From Tubiluchus corallicola (taxonomy: Eukaryota; Animalia; Priapulida), in assembly GCA_030141605.1 (NCBI GenBank), contig JAQGDQ010000225.1, forward strand, positions 186,001-250,000: DNA of 64,000 bases, read 5' to 3'. The notes below the pieces were generated by a model. It did not search any database. It had not been told where the DNA came from and was given only the letters and a program-made list of their open reading frames with translations. Position numbers and translations under genes: made by a program. Shown here one piece after another: positions 46,153 to 59,000 of the stretch (position 1 is its first letter; each line of letters opens with the position of its first letter).

Positions 46153-47022
46153 GTTTCCCACAATACCAGACAAAACAACACACATGACTTTTGAAAATCT
46201 CATTCACGAATTCAATATGGCACAATCGAACAGTGATATCGACTATAATAATTTTTACTCAAATTAATTCATCTCGCCACGAAAAGTTACTATTAAATAT
46301 TAACCTCTAATTAACAAATCACAGGCAGCTAATTGCAGATCTTATTTACAAGTTACAATAATAATAATAACGAATTTCATTTAACAATTTCACCATCAGG
46401 AAGACGAGGACGACAACGCAAACGCGAATATAACATTTCTCAGTACAACAACTGAACTTACCGTAAAAAATGTTATGAAAATTGAAAGGATTAAATATAA
46501 AGTACTAAAGCACGTCGCAAAACCTTCTTGCAGATAGGATCATAATTAAAATCATTGTATAATTATGTTACTCGCATAAATGTCAACGTGTGAAAAAGTT
46601 GAAAAACATGCAACTGCTGACTCACAGATGGTAATCTCTTTCGGTAATCTTTATACATATCATCAAATTCTGTAGAACATTCTAAATTCTAGTAACCTTC
46701 GTGTTGTACTAAATTTTTCTTTATCTGTTTTAGCAATAAAGAATGTAGTTCCAGTTGCATTTTAAAAGGCGCTGTTAGAGTGTATTCCCAGTTTGCAGAC
46801 AGTTGTCCCACTAGTCCAAACAAGTCGCATCATTTGACTACCACACTATAGCTGTTCGTACTTCTGATGAAAAAATATGAAAATTGACACATTCATTGTC
46901 ACTGTTTACCTAAGAAGTTGTTAATCTCAGTTTTATGCACCCAAGTCGAGTAGAATTCCACACACGTCCCTCGACGGTAACTCAGTTTGCGTCAATGTCA
47001 TTTTGATCATTTGTAAAAACTC

Positions 47023-50000
47023 TTATAACTCATCCAATTCAAACTGCACGTCGCAGATGTCGTACCATTTATCGGAGATGCGATAAGGACCGCTAACACT
47101 GTTACTTCGTAATCGATCTCTGGGATGAAATGCATCATTCACCCAAAAACTTTCGTCCTTAAAGAAATACATGGCACCGTCTGTGTACGAATAGTAAACG
47201 GCGTCCAGATGACGGGGTAATGGCTTTTGGCCAGGCGTTGGAGGAAACTCCTCCTGAACAGACTTTGGAAACCCTGGCAAACAGCAACCTTCCTTGCCTT
47301 TTGAAACATCATAACCATATACCTGAAAATAATGATAATTAATGTCTTCCTGCAGAACTGTGTATTTCAAGGCCTAAGAAAAGTATAATTACAGGCGTAT
47401 GAGGTGTCAAAAGAAAAGCAAGAAATCTATTGCAAATGGGTATTTACAAAAAGATTTTTTACATATGCTTGCCATTCAGCGAAAATAAAATGTAATTCAA
47501 TGTTTGTACTTTTAGCACACTCAGTTTGACGGTATGTTACTAACGTTACTCGTTTTTGCTAGAACCATAAATGCAAATGCCAACAGTCAAGATTGGCAGT
47601 CTTGCAATCATTATCTGAATATGCAATTAGAAACGGCACATAAAAATGTTGTTATTAGTTTCAGTTTCTTACTTACTACCTAAGCAGTTAATAAACTTAG
47701 CATGAAAAATCATTGAAGGTTACAATGTCCATGCAGAGCGTTTCAATTCTGACAAAATAATTCCCTTTCATTTATGGGTTCTAACTAATTAATGTTTATC
47801 TGTTCAGGTAATAAGTTTAGCATTCACGAATGCTAGCATATTAGTAATTTTTTATTTAAAGCCAAAATTCTTAAATGCTAGTGTACAAACATGCAACACT
47901 TTCAGTAGCGATGCCCTCAAAGCAGGAGAACCGCAAAGAGAAGGAGTTCCATTTCTTGACAAGACTAATTGACTGCATCTAATAGGATCATGTTCGTGTT
48001 TTCTGGAGGCGGACTCTTCTGGGTAGAGAAAACAGTTCCATAGAAAGAAATAAAACTGCTCCTAAATTAATATCCCTGAAAATTAGCAGAACAAAGGCGC
48101 CATTACTGAAAAAACTGGCACTAATGGGCGCCATCTTGGGTTACTGTACAGCGCCCTCTTCTGGTCACGCCTGTAAGTAGGTAACAGCGCTCCCTTGTTC
48201 GGTAGCTTACGCGGTCTAAACAGCGTCAATCCTTGAAAGTTAGACGGGTAAACAGAGGAGGTTTAAGTCCGTTCGAGCAAACAGCATCAACGAAAAGTTT
48301 TTGCTGACTGTCTTGCCAAACTCCACAAAGAAAAGCTTGATTTGCAGCAACTTAAGATCAGAGCCGAAAAGCTACTGTAAAATAAATAGCCTTCCTTGTA
48401 TCATTTCAGGGTCTCGGTTTGATTTCAGTTGAGCCAAAATCAACATCGCAGAGGGGAAAGGAGGCAAAATGAACGTACTGTAATAATCATTGTACCAGAC
48501 AATAATTATGAGAAACTTTATAAGCTTATTATGTAGTTTTATGGGTCAGCCAAAGTATCTAAATATTTTTAACTATTCATGGCATGATCTTATCTATTAA
48601 TTCAGCCTGTACAATTTTTAGGCCCATAAGAGCATAGACTTCTACGGTTATAGCTCCAAAGGTGTTACGATTTCCAGAATTCATAGGTGAAACGAAAACT
48701 CTCGATCTAACGACTTTCTGCTGATAGTCTATTTTTCGAATCGAATTCACATGGGGAGGAACGGTGGCAGGAAAATCTGCAAAAGCGGTCGTTTTACAAA
48801 ACTCCGACTCCTTGGTTTAAAAGGATAGGAACGCCCAGGGGTTTGAACCAGTAACCATGGTTATATAGTCTGTTCGACAGTGGGTGTAACAGCTGTCACA
48901 GTAAAAAAACAGGATGAAATATACTATTATAAACTACATTCTGAACCACGCTAAAAAGAAACATTTTAACACCTATGATAATACTAAAGTGTTTCCGATA
49001 ATTAATAATAGGTTAAAAATTTATTTAACGGCGGGCGAGGCCCAACTGGTGATAACATCAGAATTGAACATAATTTCGAAAAGCACAAACATCCATGAGC
49101 GTGTTGCATGTGTTCGCGAAAGCTAAAATTGAAGTACAGTATCACTCCTACATTTAGAGTGATACAGAAAAACTCGGGAATTTTTAAGTTTAAATTCGAA
49201 TTTCAAGTTTACTGGTGGGTTCACGCATGATCTCTAACGTGTGCAATACGTCACAATTGAACATCTCTGGATTGAGAGGTACAACACATGCTTTTGCGCA
49301 ACGCGTTTCCGATGTTTCCAATACAGGCGCTAGTGCCCAAACTAACTAGCGATTGGCAAATGCGAAATTATCATTTTGTAGTAATAATTCTTTCAGGTAT
49401 ATCTTTCTTGAAAAACTAGTATGTTCCGTTTCAATATTATTTATTAACACACACTGTTTTGGTTTATAATTTAATATGGGGTCTGGTTTTCCTTTATAAC
49501 TGCTCCCCTGGGTAGAATCTTGTTAAATTTCAGCGACATCTACCTACTCCAATTATCTCTTTCACCCTCAAGAAACATTATATTTGCGATTTTATGACAA
49601 CGTTACAAGTGTTGTTCAGTGACTTATCAAACCTGCTGCATAAAAGCCATGAAATGATTTAAGCAGCGATTACACAATAGTGAACGATCAAGCGTCCAGA
49701 AGGTAAACTTTCACATCCTATTGTTACAGTGGATTGTTGAATTAAGGCAACTTTGTACATAATCGGGCGGTAGCCATAGTAGACTTCGCGGGAACTTGAG
49801 ACTACAGTTTACCTCGTGGGTGTACGAATCAAGACTTGAGTAATGAACAAATTTTTACACGCTGATTAAGTCAATGATGAAGTGGCAACCTGAATGACTG
49901 AGTGCGTGGTTAATGTTACACAGATCAGCCAGTCGATCGGTTAGTCAGTCTGTTGTATTAGGACGCACTGGCTAAATTATTGAGTGTATCGCGTTCATAG

Positions 50001-53000
50001 GTTAATTGGGGACAGAGAGAGAAGAGAGAGAGAGACAGACAAAGAGAAAGAAAGAGACAGCGAGAAACAGAAAGAGAGAAACCGAGAAAGACAAATGGGG
50101 AGAGAAGGAAGAAAGACAGAAGAAGAGAAGACATAGGAGAGATAAGAGGATAAAAACAGGGAAAGAGCAAGGCAGAGAGAAGAGAGAGGGAAGAGAGAGG
50201 AGAGGGGAATAGAAAGAGAGAAACAGAAAGAGAGGGAAACAAACAGGCAGACAGACACAGACAGACATAAAAAACGAAATAAGACAATTTGACAGACAGA
50301 GAGAAGGACGGATGGCCTGGCAGACAGACAGACAAAATGAAAGAAGACAGACAGACAGACGGACGGAAGATGGGTGAGAAACAACACGAGACAGTAAGAG
50401 GAACGTAGGTAACACTAACACATAATATTTTGCTTAAACGTGGCTGCTAAAACTCTTAGGGCATTTACTGATTAAAATTGTAATGACTGCCATTTTCTTG
50501 TTTTTGCGCAATCGTCTCGGGTTATAACTTCTAGTTCACCTTCATAACTTTAACAAAAAGCGCGTCGTTGTCGAAAACTGAACATTATAAGCATCATTAA
50601 TATTAAATCAGACGTCTGAAATAGGTGTCGTCTATGCAGCTTTGAAATCGGATATGATATCAAGAAATCTTGTTACCGGGCAGTCTTTGTAAGAAGACTC
50701 TTTTTGTTCTTCAGAAATTTTAACTTGAAAATGCATCTGAGCCATACAACGCGAATAAATTTGTTTTTTGTGTCAGAGGTAAAAGTGGTCTAGCGCAAAA
50801 ACAGAAACGAACTATACGGTTTTCTAAAAAGGGCCATGACACCTGTTCTAAACTTGTTAAATGCCAACAGAAATTGTCAGTAAAATACTGCAAAATTTCT
50901 AATGACTTTTTATTTAACTAACGGCACGTTCAGATTAGCGAGCTTTCTCGCCGAGTAACTCGAAAGCGTGCTCAGACTAGAGAGCAAAACTTGCTGCGAG
51001 TTACTCACCGAGAGTAAGCGCAAGCTAACACTCACTTCTCTATTCACTCCAAGACGTGTCGAGAATAACTGGTCGATGTGTTCACACTAGACAGTAACTC
51101 GCAGAAAATCAATTCGCAGCAACTGTCGGACTGTTTGCACTAACTTACCGACAGTAAGTCACAAAGCAGTTCGCACTTGCGAGTTTCCTGTCAGACAGCC
51201 GTAAGACTTTCCACGGCAATCTTGTGACGCACTATGCATTTTATGAAAACAATGAAAGCCATTTTTTACGTTCTCAGAGGACTTTTTAACAAATTTCACG
51301 AAAAAAGGCCAGGATAAAATCTATGGACAAGAGCTGAATCATCGCGAGACACTTATTTTTTTATGCCAAAGGTTAAAATACTGCAGTCGGTAGTGTGTCT
51401 GGCAGACACGTGGTTAACGTTGAAATGTGCTAAAAGCATAGAATGATTGCACATAAATGGCTTCATCCAATAATTACAATAATAAAAAATTCTCGAACAT
51501 TCTCCTACCTGATCGTCTTTAAAAAAGTACAAGTTTCCGTCACGCCTGTCGAAGAACACTGTGTCGATGTTGTTCGGAACTCCCGGATTTTGTGACCCGG
51601 ATGGCGACCGGAAGTCGTCGGAAATGTTCCGAGGATATCCGGCAAACGTTTTGTCGGTTTCACTATCATATTTCCAATATTTATGCCCTAAGAATGGAGA
51701 TAAGTGAAAGCTGTTTAATCCAGACTGAACAGTACGGTTCATCTTATTGACAATATAAAGTAATTTGAACTTTTGCTTACCTAGTGAACAGTGCGCTACG
51801 AATGTTCTGATTGTTTTTTCAAACTTTACGGAGTCCTGCAAAAGTTTTTTTCAAACGACTTACCATTAAATGGCTGCGCCTAGCGGTGATCGTGGGAGTT
51901 TAAATTCATGTTTCACGTGGCGTTTACGTCTCATCCGGATGCGTATGCGTTTTGGGAGGGGGTGCGGAATAGATCAAATCAGTTTATATCGTTTTCAATG
52001 CACCCGTTTATGCAGCCAGCGTACGCGTTATGTTTTTCTGCAGCTATTCCTGTTGACTTTTTCCGGAGCTATTCCATAGGTGAAAACGCATACGCATCCA
52101 GATGCTGCGTAATCGCCATTTTATACAGCCTACAACCTTGCTGCTAATGCAGGCCATGTATGCAATGAAACAGCATGCACGTGATAACAAATTTCAAGAC
52201 GAATTTTTAAACTTTATTTATGAAGGGTGCATTTTGTTATTTTTTCACGAGTTTTAACATTTTTGCTCTTTCTATAGAGCAGCAGTAACACTTCTAAATT
52301 TACCTTTGAAAAAATACACGGAGTTTTCGGTAAAAGTCCACACATGTGCAAAGCCATCCACATCTTTCTCCAATCCCTTCCACTCCATCATTATCAGAAG
52401 AGGGTCTCCATATCGAGTCCTGTTATACCTATTCTCATACATCCAGTATCTATTGCCTCGGAAGAGGTAGGTGTTGTAGATGAGTTGCCCATCTGGGCGC
52501 CGTCTGATCCAGTCAAAAACCGTGTCAAACTTTCCTTTACAAACGCCTAAAAGAAATATGCGAATGAATATGTCTGAAAGTGGGTGCTTCACAAACCAGC
52601 ACATTTGCATATTGTATCTAAAACTGGTCATGATGCTCAAATACAATAAATGATAGTTTAAAACAGACTTAGTTAAGAGCTAAAATACTGGCTTCCCACT
52701 CGTGAGGTCCTGGGTTCAACTCCTGACCGAGTCATGCCAAGGACTTAAGAAATGGTACCGTTGGTTCTTCGACCAAGCACGCGGGTTTATCGAAGTAACA
52801 TGCGGGCCATAATGATCGAAACCACCTTGGAAATATGTATTGAGTTACTTAAGGTCTTATCCCTGGACTATGTCCTAAACGAAATTATTATTATTAAAAC
52901 TATTTATGGTGTGTTAGAACAAAAACTAGGTTACAAGAACACGCGTGCTCCATTTATAGAAGTCTTAAAAGTTTTCATGTTTAATTATAATACATCTCTT

Positions 53001-56000
53001 CATTTCTTCATTGCAACTTTACCCAATTTTACTTCAACAAAAAGTAATATATTAGCCAATATGCATATACTGGGTCGGTGACCAGGTAAATTACCCTTTG
53101 CATGTGAGTGTATAAACTAAACTTGCAATACATTAATTATTTCTCGTGAGGATGAAAAACATACCGTATAAAGCCTGCACTTCTTTCCTGTCCTCCCAGC
53201 CCAGCTCAAAATTTGCATTTGAAATCAACTTCTGGTAGATGGCATACATGATGGAATAATCCCTATTCGTGTGAGCCAACCCTAGGACATGTCCAATCTC
53301 ATGAACAGCAACTTTCAGCAAGTTGGTACCTTGATTACTGCCCACAGTGAAGTACTCGTCGTCGTCCATGTGGATGTCACCTTGTCTCCACGCGTGTGAC
53401 AACTGACCACCATAACCATCAAACATGTTCGGACAGTTGAGGTGCTCGCCTGTAATACAAAGAAACGTCGCTTTAGTTTCTATTGTATTGCGAAGGTTCA
53501 AATTGTTGAGGTCCTCGAAGAATCTACGATGGATCCCCAATGAACCCTGATATCTGATGTTCCCATTAACTTATTTATAAGTGGACAAACTATCCTGATC
53601 ACACATATAACGATTTTGACTCTCAGCAGAAAAATGTAACACTGACGAAGCCAATTCCCAGTTTTCCCAAGAGGTTATATGCCACAAGCTTTTAACTGCT
53701 AAATCGATGCTAATAAGTATAAAATTTGTTTGTTAAAATTCTTTAACCTAGTTTCTAATCTTACGGGCGAGCAACGCCAGCTGCACCGCCAAGGTTATAA
53801 GAAGGAAAGTGTAAAACCGGGCTCTCACTTGCATGGCAGCAAACACAACACTTACAAGGCTTCTTTACATGGAAGCAAAGTAGAAAGTAAACAAATAGTC
53901 AAAAAAGATACAACAGGTAATGTTTCACGGCTACACGTCTTTACTGTCTTTCTTATCTTCCTACTTACATTCCTCATTTCTTTCCTTCTCTCCCTAGTAA
54001 ATTTCTTTGTACATTCATGATTTCCTAAAATTTCCTTTATAACGTCTAGGGTGTGTGGTTAGACTTAAAAAGTTGGTATTTCCACTCCGCCTGGACAGAT
54101 GTTAATTAATGGATACACGTGGCCATTATAGTTGCAATTATGGCTATAACAAGTTATAATAATTGTAACAGTTATTATAAAAATCTTTCAACACAAAATG
54201 CATATTACATCAAGATTTATAGTGATCTTTACATTATTACATGTTACATTAAGAGCTTATAAAATGCAAAGGGTCAGTGCTCCGCTATCCCTTCTCTTCC
54301 GCTGCATATCATCATAATGATTCTCTCCCGCGAATTTCCTGGAAGCCCAATGATGTCTGGCAGTCACGGTTAACCCGAATTCTCGCGTTATCTCGCGCGA
54401 CGCGTATGGCTTCCATTAACATTCAGCCACCGCTAAAGATGTGCCGTTTTGCACCAGTGGTAAAAACGTGGTGTAAAAAAGTGGAGGTGGTATTAATTTG
54501 TATCATTTAGCAGCTGAAGCCTATAAGCGTTAACACGTGTCAGTAACATCATAATAGTAGATCAACATGAACGTGTAACATGTCTGAGAGCAGATGTTTA
54601 TTACTCTGAACTCACGTAGACCAATGGGTTAAGCAGTGTGTCATCACACAACTTTCATTCAATTAACTGATGCCAAAAGAAGAGAATGAGAAGAAAAGGA
54701 TGAGAAAATGAGAGAGGAGAAAAAATAGTGTAATGTATGGGAGAACAAAGCAGAGTGGAAAAGAAAGGATAAGGGAAAAGAGATGAGAAAAGAAGAGAAG
54801 AGAAGAGAAGAGAAGAAAAAGGAGGAAGAGGAAGCGAGTGGAGGAGAGGGAGAGGAGGCTGGAGCATCGAGAAGTGTAAAATAGTTGGGAGGAGAGGAGA
54901 AGAAAAAACAATAATGGCGAACACAGAATGGAAGAGGAAACAGGAGGACAGAAGAAAAGGGAGAAAAGAAAGGAAAGAAAATGAGAGAAAGAAAAGATGA
55001 TTAAAAAGCAAATTCAGAAGAAATACGCTATCCATGCGGGCAGGTAGCTTTTCTTGGAAATCCTACCGAGTGCAGTCTATGGTAAACTTCACGTGTTTTC
55101 GTTCAGACGATATCATGAAAGTGCGATGTCTGCGAGAAGCCAGGCGTGCGAAGGACATCCAGGGAAGCCATACGGTGGTCTCTACGCACTACAGCTAGCA
55201 AACGTCGTCTGTTTACTCTAGCAACATGAGTAACGCCACTAAATTGCATCAAATGTGGGACGCATTGATGATGCCGCACAGAGGTGAACTCACAATCTTC
55301 AATCGACTTCAGCTCAGACATTATTTAGACTAGATTACAGAATCAACTGAAGTGCAGTTCAGTTTGTGTCCTCATTTTAAAATTATTGAAACTAGATTAA
55401 GTTTAGATTGGTGTTTTAGAATGATCTTTCAATTCAGAGAGGTTTTTGTGGTGACCTTTAAGTCTAAGAGGAATCTTCCGCAAGAATTATATGTTATAGA
55501 AGTATCAAAGGACCTCGACTGCATTATTGTTATGTACTTCCTGATAATCCTGGCTTCAAGATCAGCTCGCTGTGCATACACACAATTATGGCTTCCTTTT
55601 TCCCCACACTTGCTTCTGTGTGGTGTTCTCCACGACCATTGTATTTTTGTTTAATAATAACTTCTGACAGCTGAAAAGGAATACTTACAATAGAGATGGG
55701 CGCCTGACACCCACTGCGGTAATTCCTTACTGAAGCTTCATTCAAGTTTTTAAAGCAGCTGTTGTTTCCCACTTTACCTTGCCTTGCTTATGGTGATTCC
55801 TCTAAAACTTTTTAGTGTGTTTGCAAGGGCTTGACTTACTCTCAGCATACTTTGCCAATATCTTTGTCAACAAAGAGAAGCCCCTTTTTTAAAATCGCAT
55901 CCTAATTTGGATGACAAAAGTTGCAAACATGACCTTGGATGCGCTGATTGTGTGAATCAATCTCAAAGGAAATGTTCTATCGATAAAGATGCGACAAAGT

Positions 56001-59000
56001 TAGTAGGAAAGGGGAAAAATTTGTTAACTATTTGTAATCTTATTTATTACAGTTATCGGTTATGCTGATAGACTGGGTCCAACGGTAATTAAATTTAGAA
56101 ACCAAACTTGACCGAAGGAAATAAAAAGTCCTGCGCCTGGATTAGAATCATGACTTTTGCGTTACAAAATGCCACCTATTACGGGTAGACCTCGCAGCTC
56201 CCTGTGATAAAAACAATTACAATTGAACAGTGAGCTATTATGACAGAATAAGAACTGCCTTTATTTGAATGGTTTTTGTTTCCTGTAGTGAGATAGCACC
56301 TTCCGACTTGTAATCCAGAAGTTATTGTTTCAAATCACGTTCAGTCTAGATTTCATGTTTCCTTTGTTCCAATGAAGTTTAATTTGTAAATCATAAATTA
56401 TATATTAGTTGTATAAGAGTCATGGTTATATATTATTACTATATTTAATTTAGTTTAGTTTATTAACACTCAGTTAAAATTTACAGTGTAAAAACATGTA
56501 ACAATACAACAGTATATGCATTAAAATAAAAAAATACATTGAAATAAATAAAATTTTCTTTGTGCTGGGGAGACACACAGAAAAACTGCTTACACATGCC
56601 TTTTATACTTGATTTGAAAAAGTTCAAGATCAACTAAATTGTCGCCTTTTACGGAAAATTTAACATTTGCTGCTGTCACAAGCGGAGAACCATTCGCAGA
56701 AATTGGAAGAAAACCCCATATGCGAACGATCCGATTTGAAAAAATTGTCCAAACTGCTTTTTATTTGTTTTTCGTACAAAAAGTTTCAATGAAGGCGCCT
56801 ACGGTCAGATGGCGCCCTAATAAAAAACGTTTCGCCACTCCAACCTACTTCTTTATGAATGATTTAAAGTCTTCGAAAGACTTTAAATTTAAACGTTTTT
56901 TTGTATCTAAAAATTTTTAACCCTGACACATAAACAGACTGTCAGAGTACGAGCTACCAACTAAAACAGTTTACGTGTAAAATATCTTTGAACGCTTTCG
57001 AACAACATCAATGTCACCTAGCTGATATGGATACCACGGTGGTGAACAATATTCAACAATTGGCCTTACATGTTTTATACGTCCTAAAAGTACTTCTTTA
57101 TCATTGTGCTAAATATTCTACAAATTACGTTAGAAATTAGAATCCTATTAGAATCGTATTAAAACACGTATATCGGGTTTTAAATATAACCCTTATAAAC
57201 AATTATTTTGAATTTAACACTCGTTAGGTTAAGCTGTGTTAGTTTGATGTTCTTTACACAAATCGAATCATGTTAGTCCGCGGCGCCAGACGGCTCACAA
57301 TTTGAAACAATGATTAATTTGCCAACTGGTACTGGGCATTTACCAGCGAAATGCGGCTTGACGTAATCTGTGCAAATCTCAGCGGTCTAATTGCTAACAT
57401 GGTGCGATCTATACATGTTTCCAAGCTGGGAGCCTTTAATCCTGGTTTGTTGCACGTCACTGGTGGTCAAATGACTAAATCTGTTTGCCTGCCACAAAGC
57501 GAGCAGCCGAGGAATTTGTTTTGTCGAATGATTTTTGACTAGCGAACAATGGCGGCTGTTGGAACATTGTTTAAAGAGAGCTTGTTAACATGGGATAATC
57601 AATGACAGCCCAGGGCAAAACGAGAATAAAGAAGGGGTTTTCGCGGCGCCCCAGTAGAGAGCACGTTGATACACATCAGCGCTCCAACCTGCCTTCCCTA
57701 TTATCGTATTACTGGTTAATTATGTAGACCCCTCCTTCATCATTACGTTCACAGAAGATCTACTTTAGCTGGGACATTATTCTAATACATTAGCAACTAG
57801 TTTAACAGTTATAATTCTTGTGGAAACAAGAGCTTAAAGAAAGCTCCTTGGGAATTATCCCACATTTTACTGTTATGCCACTAACACATGTCAATGCCAT
57901 CATAGTAGAGCATGATAATGGAAATTAAGGCTTTTAGTAATTACTTTAATTAGCTGATCAACATAAGACTAAGATAATTAAAGCCATTATAATAGGTGTA
58001 ACTATATGCGACAGCTCACGAGAGCATGAAATTGAATCATCTAATGGAGTCCTAATGCAGTGAAAATAACAAAGTTTGACAGGCAAAAAAGTTTTCCGAA
58101 GGAAAATGTTATCAATGGTCTTCCAGTGAAGACCAATGCTGTTCAAATACTGGGTCATATGATATTCATGCACACAAGAACTAGTTGGTTAATATCATGT
58201 ATTTCTCTTAAATAAAATAAACAGTTCTTTACCTTTTCCAAAGGCCAGATTGATGTCCACTTCATCCACAGGACTATGGTTGTCCTCAACAAATATGACA
58301 GGAATGACTTCACTCCACATGCGAAAGGCAAGCGAAAGGGCAGTCCGTTGCTTGTTGATAGTCAGTTGCGTACTGTAGCCAGTGTCCACCAATCTCCAGG
58401 TTACAGTCTTCCGGGAAAACGCATCACCCGCATCGTAACCCAGCACCGTTGATCGCTTCCACCGCGTCCGCCGCAGTTCACGCATCCTGTCCACCACCTT
58501 CTTCAACTTTTTATCATGAACACCACTGTCCATGTCTGCCACTAGTTGTTCTGCCCATCTGCGCCTGCGCAGAGCAACTTCAGTCTCTGGTGTCTTGTAC
58601 GACGATACCAAAATGTTCCTCAACAAGGAACCACCATGAGTCGACCGTTTCCGTCGTGCAAAGCTCGTCTGGTTCACATTTTCTGCCGTCACGGGCAATG
58701 TTACGTTTTCCACTTGTGTCAATTTGGGCTCATCATCGCGGTTACCGCACCGAGTCTCGCTCATTTTCTTTTTTGTCGCTTCGTCCACAATGCCTGTTTG
58801 GGGAAGTTTGTAGTTCTTCTGGTATTTGCGGACGGCGTCACGGACAGCCATCTCATCACAATTGTTCTGGTCACCCTCGTATGGTGACAGTAGGTTCATT
58901 GCCGCTGCATCAAAGATGTTCCGTTTCTTTCGCGCAGGAGGAACCTTGCACAACAGATAGCCATACTTTTCCAACATGGCCTAAAAAAAAATTGCATTGT

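Noticed and set aside
39700-46900. Possible hidden gene between DIDO and MMP21
   Set aside because: No coherent exon chain or ORF with protein-like composition found by eye; it appears to be TE debris plus MMP21 3'UTR. A non-coding transcript cannot be excluded.
49958-50421. Overlapping Leu/Ser/Phe-rich ORFs (also 54655-55035, 6723-7086, 59502-60213)
   Set aside because: Translations of simple-sequence tracts.
52665-52730. Possible tRNA gene
   Set aside because: B-box present but no closing acceptor stem; continues into a SINE body and tail.
53641-53680. CTGACGA hammerhead-like core (also CTGAAGAG at about 59317)
   Set aside because: No stem II followed by GAAA at a suitable spacing.
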